From Macrostomum lignano (taxonomy: Eukaryota): 64,000 nt of DNA. Shown piece after piece: positions 28,770-42,475 of the stretch; position 1 is the stretch's first letter, and each line of letters begins with the position of its first letter. The stretch spans positions 62,001-126,000 of the forward strand of contig NIVC01000095.1 of NCBI GenBank assembly GCA_002269645.1, written 5' to 3'. The notes under the pieces were generated by a model, which was not told the DNA's origin, searched no databases, and worked only from the letters and a program-made list of their open reading frames with translations. The translations under genes and the position numbers were made by a program.

Positions 28770-29005
28770 GGAGATGAAGGGAGAGGAAGGGAGAGGAAGG
28801 GAGAGGAAGCGAGAGGAAGGGAGAGGAAGGGAGAGGAAGGGAAACGAAGGGAGAGGAAGGGAGAGGAATGAAGAGGAAGGGAGAGGAATGAAGAGGAAGG
28901 GAGAGGAAGGGAGAGGAAGGGAGAGGAAGGGAGAGGAAGGGAGAGGAAGGGAGAGGAAGGGAGAGGAAGGGAAAGGAATGGAGAGGAAGGGAGAGGAAGG
29001 GAGAG
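28770..29005. repeat. Purine-rich (GAGAGGAAGG)n repeat
   Basis: Seen directly. Confidence 0.93.
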
Positions 29006-29721
29006 CTTACAAAATCCTCGCTCTAACATTGGTTCGTGTGTAAACGATCGCAGCTCCCAAGTCAATAACTATTGCTATTTGTTACTAAATTTAGCAACTG
29101 TCAAAACGCGCCAAAGCATGCGGGGAGAAGTTGAACTGGAAACACAGTATTAGTACAGTGTGTAGTACGAGCCGGTGTGCTCTGCTTATTGGAAAAGAAA
29201 ATCTTCAAAGCGTTTTAGGAAATCTAACATCAGGATTAGAAGTCCATGCTTTAGATGCGCTTGAAATCCAAAATTTGGATTAGAAATTGATGTCATGGAC
29301 TTTTAAATTGTAGCATCTGGATTTTTAATTTGAAAATGAAAATAAAAGTTAAACGGTCCGTTTTCTTTCCAGATGTCTATAATTATATCAGTTACGAACT
29401 CCATGAATGTTTTCTGAAGCTGTCGCAAACTTTGAAGCTCCACAACTTACATATTCCTTCTCGTTATTTAACTAATGACTACTGTTTAATGTACTAATAA
29501 GTTATAGTTTCAATAAATATATGCCTGCACATGAACATATTTACTAATTTACGTGGGACTTACTGTTTCTCAGTTTCTGTTGAAGCACAGGCCGAGGCAG
29601 TTCTCACGTCTCTCGGTAAACATTTTGTGACATTCTGTATATTGCAAGTCATGCGCGTTGTAAGACCTAAGTTACAATTTCACGAACAAGATTCTGAGGT
29701 CCGACTACAGATTTTAGATTC

Positions 29722-31553
29722 TCTATGGTGAGATTCCTGTAGATTTCAGACTGTCTATGGTGAGATTCCTGTAGATTTCAGACTGTCTATGGTGAGATTC
29801 CTGTAGATTTTAGACTGTCTATGGTGAGATTCCTGTAGATTTTAGACCGTCTATGGTGAGATTCCTGTAGATTTTAGATTCTCCATTGTGAGATTCCTGT
29901 AGATTTTAGATTCTCCATTGTGAGATTCCTGTAGATTTTAGATTCTCCATTGTGAGATTCCTGTAGATTTTAGATTCTCAATTGTGAGATTCCTGTAGAT
30001 TTTAGATTCTCCATTGTGAGATTCCCTGTAGATTTTAGATTCTTCATGGTGAGATTCCCTGTAGATTTTAGATTCTCCATTGTGAGATTCCTGTAGATTT
30101 TAGATTCTTCATGGTGAGATTCCTGTAGATTTTAGACCGTCTACGGTGAGATTCCTGTAGATTTTAGATTGTCCATGGTGAGATTCCTGTAGATTTCAGA
30201 GTGTCTATGGTGAGATTCTTGTAGATTTTAGATTCTCCATGGTGAGATTCCTGTAGATTTCAGACTGTCTATGGTGAGATTCCTGTAGATTTTAGATTCT
30301 CCATGGTGAGATTCCTGTAGATTTTAGACTGTCTATGGTGAGATTCCTGTAGATTTTAGATTCTCCATGGTGAGATTCCTGTAGATTTCAGACTGTCTAT
30401 GGTGAGATTCCTGTAGATTTCAGACTGTCTATGGTGAGATTCCTGTAGATTTCAGACTGTCTATTGTGAGATTCCTGTAGAATTTAGATTCTCCATTGTG
30501 AGATTCCCTGTAGATTTTAGATTGTCTATGGTGAGATTCCTGTAGATTTTAGATTGTCTATGGTGAGATTCCTGTAGATTTCAGACTGTCTATGGTGAGA
30601 TTCCTGTAGATTTTAGATTCTCCATTGTGAGATTCCCTGTAGATTTTAGATTGTCTATGGTGAGATTCCTGTAGATTTTAGATTGTCTATGGTGAGATTC
30701 CTGTAGATTTCAGACTGTCTATGGTGAGATTCCTGTAGATTTTAGATTCTCCATTGTGAGATTTCCTGTAGATTTTAGATTCTCCATTGTGAGATTCCTG
30801 TAGATTTTAGATTCTCCATTGTGAGATTCCTGTAGATTTTAGAGTCTCCATTGTGAGATTCCTGTAGATTTTAGATTCTCAATTGTGAGATTCCTGTAGA
30901 TTTTAGATTCTCCATTGTGAGATTCCCTGTAGATTTTAGATTCTTCATGGTGAGATTCCCTGTAGATTTTAGATTCTCCATTGTGAGATTCCTGTAGATT
31001 TTAGATTCTTCATGGTGAGATTCCTGTAGATTTTAGACCGTCTACGGTGAGATTCCTGTAGATTTTAGATTGTCCATGGTGAGATTCCTGTAGATTTCAG
31101 AGTGTCTATGGTGAGATTCTTGTAGATTTTAGATTCTCCATGGTGAGATTCCTGTAGATTTCAGACTGTCTATGGTGAGATTCCTGTAGATTTTAGATTC
31201 TCCATGGTGAGATTCCTGTAGATTTTAGACTGTCTATGGTGAGATTCCTGTAGATTTTAGATTCTCCATGGTGAGATTCCTGTAGATTTCAGACTGTCTA
31301 TGGTGAGATTCCTGTAGATTTCAGACTGTCTATGGTGAGATTCCTGTAGATTTCAGACTATCTATTGTGAGATTCCTGTAGAATTTAGATTCTCCATTGT
31401 GAGATTCCCTGTAGATTTTAGATTGTCTATGGTGAGATTCCTGTAGATTTTAGATTGTCTATGGTGAGATTCCTGTAGATTTCAGACTGTCTATGGTGAG
31501 ATTCCTGTAGATTTTAGATTCTCCATTGTGAGATTCCTGTAGATTTTAGATTC
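29722..31553. repeat. 32-bp satellite GTGAGATTCCTGTAGATTTTAGATTCTCCATG with a 901-bp higher-order duplication
   Basis: Diagnostic variants recur 901 bp apart (30137/31038, 30201/31102, 30480/31381). Confidence 0.96.
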
Positions 31554-32814
31554 CTGGGGTCAGGATCATCTCACGCATTTCGAAGGAATGATCCTGAGCA
31601 GTTCTCATAATTAAGACTCTCAAAATAGTATATATACAAGCTGAACTTACTAGTATTTAACGGGAGCTTATGGATTTTATAAATGCATGCTTTGGGATTA
31701 AACATACAAGTTGGCTTAATCCCCACTTTCTTAACGATCCACAGATTAATAGCTATACAGAATTCTTACACATGGTCGAAAGTTCAACTTGGAAAGTTAT
31801 AAAAATATTATAAGCAACAAGGAAACGGGAAGTATGCTTCGTAGTCATAAACCGATTTTAAAGAAGAGCTCTGCGCCCAGTGCAACAAATTTTAACTGTT
31901 GACTCCAAAAAGTAGGAGAGGTTTGAGGGAGAAGAAGCAGTGGAAATGGCTAAGGATTTCTGCAACCACACGGGAAAAAAAGAAGAACGGAGTTCAAGGT
32001 TGCAAGTCAAAGGAACGCCCATTTTACGAATAAAAAATACCACTAATATTGATTAATGCGTACATTCTAGTTTGAAGTTGGCGCTGATTCACAATCGCAT
32101 GCCAAACATGCTACTTAATAGATAGAATAAGTAGTGAAAAAAGATTCTTACGAATGTTCTAAATTATCCAAGATTTTAGCCACAATGAAGAAAATATAGC
32201 ATTCTTAAATGGGAGACGAGGGAGAGGAGAGTGAGGGAGGGTGAGAGAAGAGTAAGAAAAAGTGAGAGACGATTGAGAAAAGAGTGTGAAAAGATTGAGA
32301 AAAGAATGAGAAATCTGTGCTCATATGGGTTTAACAGCGATATGTATCGATAGTATATAAAATTCAGAATCAAATTTTCAAAGTTAACTTCACATTTTCA
32401 AAAAAAAATCTGTCAGGACGGCAGAGGGACGGACGGAAAAGTTTGAAATTGCGTCTTCACCCTCTGCCGCCCGCGTGAGAGAGAGAGAGGGGGAGATTTT
32501 CCAGACCCAAGGTCCTGCAGCAGTAATTGACTGATTCCTTGTCTGCCTCTGTTCGTCCTTGTGAATTTTTTGGATAATTTCTTGGCGACCCCTTCTAGCA
32601 GCTGCTGCTGCTGGCGCCGAAAATTGGGGCTTCGTTCAGGTTCAGGCGCCCTTAATATTCGATTTTCTCTTTAACGTTATAGCGATGAAGATTGCCAAGC
32701 AGCTTCTTTCATCATCACCATCATTAACTGCGTAGTTCCGTAGTCTAAAAAAAAACAACTAAATTTAAAAAACTTGAAAATGTTCTTCAAGATGCTCAAG
32801 TATGCAAATTTCTA

Positions 32815-34078
32815 TGCGGCGCCAAAATTGAGTAGTGTGGCGCCAAAATTGATCGTAGTGTGGCGCCAAAATTTAGTAGTGTGGCGCCAAAATTGATCGT
32901 AGTGTGGCTCTAAAATTGAGTAGTGTGGCGCTAAAATCGATGGTATTGTGCCGTCAAAAATTAAATAGTGGGGCGCCAACATTGAATAGTGGGGCGCCAA
33001 GATTGATTAGTGTGGCGCCAAGATTGAGTAGTGTAGCGCCAAAATTGAGTAGTGTGGCGCCAAAGTTGAGTAGTGTGTCGTCAAAAATTGATCGTAGTGT
33101 GGCGCCAAAACTGAATAGTGGGGCGCCAAGATTGATTAGTGTGGCGCCAAGATTGAGTAGTGTGGCGCCAAAATTGAGTAGTGTTGCGCCAAAATTGATT
33201 GTAGTTTGGTGCCAAAATAAAGTAGTGTGGCGCCAAAGTTGAATAGTGTGGCGACAAAATATATCGTAGTGTGGTGCCAAAATTGAGTAGTGTGGCGCCA
33301 AGATTGAGTAGTGTGGCGCCAAGATTGAGTAGTGTGGCGCCAAGATTGAGTAGTGTGGTGCCAAAATTGAGTAGTGTGGCGCCAAAATTGAGTAGTGTGG
33401 CGCCAAAATTGAGTAGTGTGGCGCTAAAATCGATGGTATTGTGCCGTCAAAAATTAAATATTGGGGCGCCAAGATTGATTAGTGTGGTGCCAAGATCGAG
33501 TAGTGTGGCGCCAAATTGAGTAGTGTGGCGCCAAGATTGAATAGTGTGGCGCCAAGATTGAGTAGTGTGGCGCCAAAATTGAGTACTCGTAGTGTGGCGC
33601 CAAAATTGAGTAGTGTGGCGCCAAAATTGAGTACTCGTAGTGTGGCGCCAAAATTGAGTAGTGTGGCGCCAAAATTGAGTAGTGTGGTGCCAAAATTAAG
33701 TAGTGTGGCGCCAAAGTTGAATAGTTTGGCGACAAAATATATCGTAGTGTGGCGCCAAAATTGATCGTAGTGTGGCGCCAAGATTGAGTAGTGTGGCGCC
33801 AAGATTGAGTAGTGTGGCGCCAAGATTGAATAGTGTGGCGCCAAGATTGAGTAGTGTGGCGCCAAGATTGAGTAGTGTTGCGCCAAAACTGATTGTAGTG
33901 TGGTGCCAAAATTAAGTAGTGTGGCGCCAAAGTTGAATAGTTTGGCGACAAAATATATCGTAGTGTGGTGCCAAAATTGAGTAGTGTGGCGCCAAGATTG
34001 AGTAGTGTGGCGCCAAGATTGAGTAGTGTGGCGCCAAAATTGAGTAATGTGGCGCCAAAATTGAGTAGTGTGGCGTCA
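32815..34078. repeat. 21-bp minisatellite GTGTGGCGCCAAAATTGAGTA
   Basis: Period 21 (33301 and 33322); explains the APHYSIL-type ORFs. Confidence 0.96.
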
Positions 34079-34725
34079 AGATATAAACCAATTTAGAAGT
34101 TCGTGAAGTGTCGAGCTCGCGAAGTCGATGCAATCCATCACGACGTATGTTTGACACATTTCCAGGAACTAATTATAGTTTCAAGCATTCCATGGCCTTG
34201 CGATAGAGCGTTAGAAATGGGCAGAAATCGGGTCGTTGTGTCTCCCCTCAGGGCCCACATGGTTGCCTGGCACAGAGTCTGTCGAGTCCGGTTATTGATC
34301 CGAAATGGTGCGGAGGGAGGGAGGGAGGCACGCGTCTCTGTGGTTCAAGACCCGCAGTCCACTTGTGGGATTTCCATCCCACAATTGGGTGCGCCAGCCG
34401 AGAGGCGTCCAGCTGTTGCTGCTGACTTACCTAATCCTTCCCAGGTTAGCAGAAGAATGCGACTTGGGGTTTTTCTCCTCCAGAGGGGGGTTGAGGGTGG
34501 CCGGGGCTTGGGTCAGAATTGCGATGGTTCGAAGCGAGAGTGACATGTCCAAGCCTGCAAATCTGCAGAATCTTTTTTCTATTCCGTACTGTTTTGTCCG
34601 GGGTATAGGGCCTTAAAAAGCTGACTGCATAGGCTGTGTGTTAGACTAAAACTATCTTTATATCTCTGTCTCCTTCGGTTTCTCCAAGTTAGTAAGTAAG
34701 TGAAACTTTCTCATTTAGTAGCGGC

Positions 34726-37700
34726 ATGTCGGACGAGGAAAACCAGTAAGTATTGAATAATCTGTCATTTTGATTGTGTTAGATATGGTATTTAGGGGTT
34801 AAAACGGGTATTTAGGGTGCTTAAGCTGGGGTATTCAGGGTGCTTAAGCTGGGGTATTTAGGGTGCTTAAGCTGGGGTATTCAGGGTGCTTAAGCTGGGG
34901 TATTTAGGGTGCTTAAGCTGGGGTATTTAGGGTGCTTAAGCTGGGGTATTTAGGGCGGTGAAACTGGGGTATTTAGGGCGGTGAAATCGGGGTATTTAGT
35001 GCGGTGAAACTGGGGTATTTAGGGCGGTAAAACTGGGGCATTTAGTGCGGTGAAACTGGGGTATTTAGGGCGGTAAAACTGGGGCATTTAGTGCGGTGAA
35101 ACTGGGGTATTTAGTACGGTGAAATCGGGGTATTTGGGGCGGTGAAACTGGGGTATTTAGAGCGGTAAAACTGGGGTACTTAGTGCGGTGAAATCGGGGT
35201 ATTTAGGGCGTTGAAATTGGGGTATTTAGGGCGGTGAAACTGGGTGTATTTAGGGCGGTGAAACTGGGGTATTTAGTGCGGTGAAACTGGGGTATTTAGG
35301 GCGGTGAAACTGGGGTATTTAGGGCGGTGAAACTGGGGTATTTAGGGCGGTGAAACTGGGGTATTTAGGGCGGTGAAATCGGGTATTTAGTGCGGTGAAA
35401 CTGGGGTATTTAGGGCAGTAAAATTGGAGTATTTAGGGCGATGAAATCGGGGTATTTAGGGTGCTTAAATTGGGGTATTTAGGGGGATAGAACAATGCGA
35501 TTAATGGCATCGCACATTTCATTATCATTTTAAATTTAATCAAAATGTAAATGTGATCTAGTTTGCTTTAGACCTGTTTTCAGAGACGGCGCCCCAGAAG
35601 CCGCCCAGGAGGAGCCGGCAGAGCAGGAGCAGCAAAACGAGCCGGTGGCCGACAAGCCCAAGCACCAGCCAGCCTTTTCTTCTGAGTAAGGAGTTCGATT
35701 AGAAAATTGGTAGATTAAAATCATTAAAATTCATACACTCGGTAAATAGTTTTCCATTGCCAATAATTTTTCAGAGATGAAAGTGGTCGGAATGAAGCGC
35801 AAATTCGAATGGAGGTGAGAGTTGATATGATTTGCTGTTAAACTAATTATCAATTTATAAACAAACACTCAATAGAGATCACTGCAGAAATATTAGCAAA
35901 ATATGAACTATTTGACTAGACAGGCCTAAAAATTAAATAAGTTACGAATCAGAAACTCAAAAACTTGCTAAACTCCGAGCTAACAAGAGCCTAATAAACT
36001 CAATAGAACTAAATAAACTCAAAATGAACTAACTAAATAAACTCAAAATGAACTCAGTAAACTCAAAATGATCTCAATAAACTCAAAATTAACTCAATAA
36101 ACTCAATAGAACACAATAAACCCAAATGAACTAAATAAACTCAAAATAAACTCAAAATGAACCAAATGAACTCAATAAACTCAAAATGAACTCAATAAAC
36201 TCAAAATGAACTCAATAAACTCAAAATGAACTCAATAAACTCAAAATGAACTCAATAAACTCAAAATGAACTCAATAAACTCAATAAAATCAAAATGAAC
36301 TGAATAAACTCAAAAGAACTCGACAAATTGAATATAGAAGTCAACAACTGTCAAAGAGACGAACAATGAACTCAACAATGAAACTCACCGCAGGAGGAGA
36401 AGAAGAAGCGCATGGCCAAGATGCAGGAGGAGATGAAGGAATACGAGGAGATGCGAAAAGAGGAACGAGAGAAGCTGGAAGCTGAGATCTCGGATCTCAG
36501 AGCAAAGCGGGTGAGTACAATCTGAGTCCGTGGACAGATGGAAACAATTTCGAGTTAAAAAGAATCTATGAATTTATTGATTTGCTGTTGCCTGAAACAA
36601 CAGGAGCAAAGGAAACAGGAACGAGCCGAGGAGGAGAAGAGACTCGCCGAGCTGCGAGCGATCGAGGAGCAGAAAAGGCGCGCAGAGGAGGTGAGTTTGA
36701 ATTCGTGTCTCTCAAGGACAACTTCCGTGTTACGAGCTTCTGTGCTACCTGTTGGATACAATATTTACCTGTTAGATACGATACGTACGTGTTACTCGTA
36801 GATACGACAGGTACCTGTTAGATACGATTGGTACAATACCTGTCGTAAAAACTTGTTGAACTCAGTAATTACGTGTTAGAGATAAATGCTTTCTCTTGCA
36901 TTTATTTAAAATCATCGCATAATAAATATTGACCATCTTTGCTACTTCAAGTCGGCATACTTGGTTTCAAAGTTCTAAATTTTATGCAACAGGAGGAGCG
37001 CCAGCGCCGAAAACGGGAGGAGGAGGCGCGCCGACAGGAGGAACGGGAGAAGAAGAAGCGCGAAGCTGAGGAGCGCAGCAAGAGCCAGAGCCAGCGCAAC
37101 TTCACCATCAGCAAGAAGTCTGGCAGTGAAGTAAGTCATCTTTAAATACATGTATGGTATTTACTGTTTGTTCATGTATTGTTGATAATGACTAACCAAA
37201 ACCGATGTTGCTTAACTCCGCGGCAGTGAATCCGACAGCGGGCACTTTAACACCGCCTCCTTCCCATTTCCAGCCAATGTACACAGGGTGGGGAGCAGTT
37301 TAATCTATGTACATTTAGTTGGCTGATGAATGTACGTTTGCCTTACCCCCATATCTCAGCCCTGATTGGCTGGGAACTAAAATCGATTTTATCAGCGACT
37401 TGCAGGCGCAAAAACGACAATGTCAATAGAAGATTTGCAGTGATTTCTCTTTTCACACTGTACTTTTGCTGTCTCGTTACTTTTGATTTTTTTAACAATT
37501 ATAAATGGCGTCGCTTTTTCTCCTCATCTCTTCTTTCCAACATTTTTAGGCGGATCAAGGAAAAAATGTGAGTAGAACCATGCTATGATATCATGGATTA
37601 AAACTTCATAGTTTTATAATTGCTCGCGTAATATTTTTAAATTGAAGAATACATGTGAAATTTTCCTGGATAAAATTGGCTTTAAACCGAATTGATGGTT

Positions 37701-39956
37701 TTTGTTTTGCTCAAACAATGCGTTTTAACCCATGAATGCAAATATTGATATTAACTCGGTGACCACAAATTATTAATTAAAACTATTGGATTGATACAAA
37801 GCCCCGAAACACAAAAATTTATTTGTCTAATTATCATATGAAAATTACGAGTATTTAAACAGTGCTTTGGTTACAGTAAATCCTCTTAAATGCACCTATG
37901 CTTATGGACAGCTAAAATCCCTGCTTAAGACTAGACTTGAGCACCTAAATTCCCTGCAGAATGTCTCGCCTTCTGGACACGGCCTCCAGCAAAATTTGCA
38001 TGATTTGCAAGCGAGTTTTGCGTCCTTGCACTTTAGCTGTCCATGGCACTGCTAGATGGTTTCTGCCTTAGAAAATCCTCCTGTACAGTACATACTGCAG
38101 TATGAATACAGACTAGAGATAATGTCTAGAAGGCCAAACACAAATATCCGAAAACATTGCGTTGTCCAGACCGGTCCAACTGACCAAGACGAGGCCAAAC
38201 AGGGCAAATCCAAGGAGCAGCTGGAGGCGGAGAAAAAGGCCGCCTTGGAGCAGCGCGTTCAGCCGTTAAATATCGACGGATTTGGGGAGTCGCAACTGCA
38301 AGAGAAGGCCAAAGAGCTGTTCAACAAGATCTACTCGCTTGAGGGCGACAAATACGACCTTGAGCAGCGGTTCAAAGCTCTGAATATGGAGGTAACTTTT
38401 TTATTTTGATATTATTCTGACAAAATAGGCTGATTTTTCTACTGAACAGTAGTAGACGGTAGAAAATATTTCACGAAAATTTTGCACGGCGGGTAGAAAA
38501 ATGACGTCACATAGAAACTGAAAAGTTTTATTTTTTTATTTCGGTTTCAATTATCGTAACTAAATTTAGGTTCACTAGTGATTCAATCTACTGCTAGTAG
38601 AGTAGAGAGAATTAAGCACGAAAAGTTTGCATAATAAGTTTAATAATGACGTCATAGTCGTGAAAACGATCGAATTAAAAGGTTTAAAAGCTTAAATTCC
38701 TTTGCAGATGGTGGAACTCTCTGAACGGGCCAGACAAAACCAGAAGGGGTGAGCAACCATTGCTAATTTGTATATTTTAGCCTGCTGAAAATCCAAGTAC
38801 ATTCAGTTTAACATTCCAATTTTGTTCCTCCACTTACAGTGGTCAGAAAGGCAGTACCAATAAAGTGCAAACAGCTCCGTGAGTGATAACTTTTACAGAT
38901 AATATTTTTGAAACTTCAGCTATCAATTCTTTGTGACCCTTTTTTAATTTCAGCGACCCATTGGCTGAAAAGCTTAGTGGTATACCGGTAAGTTTAATGC
39001 AGGTTATAACACAGATTATCAATAACTTTTGTGATACACACGATAACAATCTCGTTTTACCATCATATCTTTGACTCTTCAGAAGCATTCAGAAAGCTCG
39101 ATCCTTAATTCTTATTTCAAACATTAAAACAAACTTGAAAAAATTCAGTAGATTCATAAATACTTCAGTAAAATCTATAATACATTAGTAAAATCTCTAA
39201 AATCCTTCATTAGAATCTTTAATCCTTCATTAGAATATTTAATCCTTCAGTAGAATCTTTAATACTTCATTAGAATCTTTAATCCTTCAGTAGAACCTTT
39301 AATCCTTCAGTAGAATCTTTAATCCTTCGGTAGAATCTTTAATCCTTCATTAGAATCTTTAATCCTTCAGTAGAATCTTTAATCCTTCATTAGAATCTTT
39401 AATCCTTCATTAGAATCTTTATCTTTCATTAGAATCTTTAATCCCTCATTAGAATCTTTAATCCTTCATTAGAATCTTTAATCCCTCATTAGAATCTTTA
39501 ATCCTTCATTAGAATCTTTAATCCTTCATTAGAATCCCTAATCCTTCATAAAAAACCTCAATCCTTCATTAAAATTTTTAATCCTTATTTAGAATCTTTA
39601 ATCCTTATGTAGAATTATAAATCCTAAGAACCTTAAGAATCTTAAGGCCCAGGGCGTTGCTCAAGTTCTCCTGAAGCGTAATGAAGCAGCTCAAGCTCAA
39701 TCGCTCACCCCCTCATCAGCCGAAGATAATCATGTACAGCCAGTATGAGCGAGTGAAAGATCGCCGGGATTTCGGCGAACGTCAAGAATTGTTCAAAGGC
39801 CCGATCTATGGCGTCGAGTACGAACGAATCCCGCCCTCGAGCAAAGTGATCATCACCGAGCAGGGACCGAGGGTTGTCGGCGAAATCGGCGAGAATGACA
39901 ATGATCAAGGACACAATCAGCAGGAGGGAGACGAGCCAGTTGCCACGGAGGAGTGA
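34726..39956 (+). CDS. TnT: Troponin T (358 aa); exons 34726-34745, 35584-35685, 35775-35814, 36394-36510, 36604-36690, 36993-37130, 38170-38391, 38708-38748, 38840-38878, 38954-38987, 39720-39956
   Basis: Ten phase-consistent GT-AG introns; MSDEE start; E/K/R coiled coil; KSKEQLEAEKKAALEQRVQPLNIDG, LEGDKYDLEQRF, LSERARQ and PKIIMYSQYERVKDRR are invertebrate TnT motifs. Confidence 0.92.
34795..35485. repeat. 23-bp G-rich minisatellite GGGGTATTTAGGGCGGTGAAACT (5' variant ...GGGTGCTTAAGCT), TnT intron 1
   Basis: Period 23. Confidence 0.95.
35990..36320. repeat. 20-bp repeat TCAAAATGAACTCAATAAAC, TnT intron 3
   Basis: Period 20. Confidence 0.9.
39190..39625. repeat. 20-bp repeat AATCCTTCATTAGAATCTTT, TnT last intron
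   Basis: Period 20. Confidence 0.93.
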
Positions 39957-40991
39957 CAGCTCGGCTCTGCGCATGAATTATCATACTAAACAGCAGGCAC
40001 TTCTCTATCTAATTAGTTTAGCTATAACTACAAATTATTACATAGACATTAGTAATTATACTTACTGACTTTGAACATACCCGACCTAGAACTGAATCAC
40101 ATAATTAATACATGCATATTGTCTGTTTGATTTCATAATGCTGGTGGAGGACATAAGGAATTTCAGTTTCTCGGAAGTTCAAGCCTTCCAAATTCCAAAT
40201 GAAACAAGCAAGACGTCTTGCCCCCTAGGCTCTAGTAACTGAAGGAAGAGACTGAATTGTCTATGGCCAGACATCCCATAAGTTCCGATTTCTATGGTCA
40301 TTTCCTTTGAAGCAAGCAATTATGAAATCAAATACGAATAGAAAATGTAGCTTTTAGTCATTTAGACTTTACACGATACAATATCATCATTGAAGTTTGG
40401 CTCACCTAATAAGACAAACTAATATCTAATTAATCGAGCTTATCAAATGTTGAACCATTTTTTTGTAGCTCAACCATAGGCCGTGTCAGTGTGTGTTCCC
40501 TTTTTATTTCAACTGATGTTTATTAATTAATTGTAATAAATAAATTTTAACCCTCAGTTTTATTAATTATTAAATATATTCCCGACACTTAAGCAGACTT
40601 TTCGATTTTGAAACACAGCTCGTAGTTAAGCCTGGTTTAAAACATTGTAAGAAATTAAAGACTTAAGAGTCGAATCATAATCACTATTTGAAGTTGATGT
40701 CATGAAAATATTACGGACAATTGGCTACAATCAGTCAGTACGGTCGGCTCTTTCTTTGTTGAGTTGCTCTTCGCTTTTCACTTCTCCTCTCCTCTCATCT
40801 TCTCTCCTTTCCTTTTCCTTCTCTCCTCTCCTCCCCCAGTCTTCTCTAATCTTAGCTCCCTCTCTCTCCTTTTATCTCACCTCACCTCTCCTGCATAATC
40901 TATTCATCTTATCTCCCCTTTATTCTTTCTCTCTCTCCTTTGCGAGTCTTCAAGTTCACCGCTCTCCTCTCCTCCCCTTCTCTTCGGGTCG

Positions 40992-41151
40992 CCATCACAA
41001 GCTCGAAAAGTCACATCGTCGAAAACTGATTTAGCAACCATCATCTGTAGCTCTAACCCTAAAAGACACCAACCCTAACCTAACCCTACTTTTCGAGATT
41101 GGAGGATGCTAAATCAGTTCTCGACGATGTGACTTTTCGAGCTTATGATGG
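40992..41151. mobile_element. Fold-back/MITE-like element: 45-bp inverted repeats around a CCCTAA-containing loop
   Basis: 40992-41036 vs 41107-41151, 2 mismatches. Confidence 0.65.
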
Positions 41152-41789
41152 TGGTTGCTAAACTTTTCGACGATTTGATGTGATGGTCCCATCTCAGCTG
41201 AGTAAAATGAGCAATTGATTCATAGCTATCAAGACCCATCAAATTAAATGTGCATCGAGTGTAATTAAGGTAATTAATAAAATAAAACTAACAATCTTAT
41301 TAAAGCGAAATTGTAAACAAGACAAAATGACTAAAGTTAGGTTAATTAGCAATGCTTGGAAACTGGATTGGGCTACCTTCAACCGACAGTTAAGAAAATA
41401 GAATTATAATAAATCTAGAGAATATTTATTTTTCTAAAAAGTGACGCATTATGTAAGTTAATTAATTGGGAGAAATCATGTTTAAATTTAAAATATAACA
41501 CATCAATCTGTAAACAAGTATAACTTTACGATAGCAAAGAATAAAATATGTCTGCTTTATTGCTATATTTTTTGTATGAAGCTTTCTAATAGATCTAATA
41601 AAGCTATTAAAAAAGGCAAGTCATATCAAAAGATAAACATTCAGCCTGCCTCATATCGAAACCAATTACGAATTTTGTGCTGAAAAAATGAAATACCGTT
41701 TTTTAGTAATTTAAATTTTTAAGAAACGTAGTTTCCTGCCCTTCTACTTGAGTAGTCCTTGCAGTCCATGAGACGATGACGCTAAAAGT

Positions 41790-42455
41790 ACTTTTAGGCA
41801 TAGAGTCGGCCTTCAAATATTGTTTTCTAAGAAAAAAGTCACCCTTCGCTAAATGTTCTTTTAGGAATAGAGTCGGCCCTTAAATATTGTTTTCTAAGAA
41901 ACAAAAGTCACCCGTCGCTAAATGTACTCTTAGGTATAGAGTCGGCCTTCAAATATTGCTTTCTAAGAAACAAAAGTCAGCCGTCGCTAAATGTACTCTT
42001 AGGTATAGAGTCAGCCTTCAAATATTGCTTTCTAAGAAACAAAAGTCACCCGTCGCTAAATGTACTCTTAGGTATAGAGTCAGCCTTCAAATATTGCTTT
42101 CTAAGAAACAAAAGTCACCCGTCGCTAAATGTACTCTTAGGTATAGAGTCAGCCTTCAAATATTGCTTTCTAAGAAACAAAAGTCACCCGTCGCTAAATG
42201 TACTCTTAGGTATAGAGTCAGCCTTCAAATATTGCTTTCTAAGAAACAAAAGTCACCCGTCGCTAAATGTACTCTTAGGTATAGAGTCGGCCTTCAAATA
42301 TTGCTTTCTAAGAAACAAAAGTCAGCCGTCGCTAAATGTACTCTTAGGTATAGAGTCGGCCTTCAAATATTGCTTTCTAAGAAACAAAAGTCAGCCGTCG
42401 CTAAATGTACTCTTAGGTATAGAGTCAGCCTTCAAATATTGCTTTCTAAGAAACT
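41790..42455. repeat. 69-bp minisatellite starting ~20 bp past the serine dehydratase stop
   Basis: The 23-aa period in ORF 41887-42513 reflects a 69-bp DNA unit. Confidence 0.95.
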
Positions 42456-42475
42456 AAATTCGAGCCAAAAACTAG

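Noticed and set aside
41060-41090. Interstitial telomere
   Set aside because: Only 2-3 imperfect CCCTAA units inside a fold-back element.
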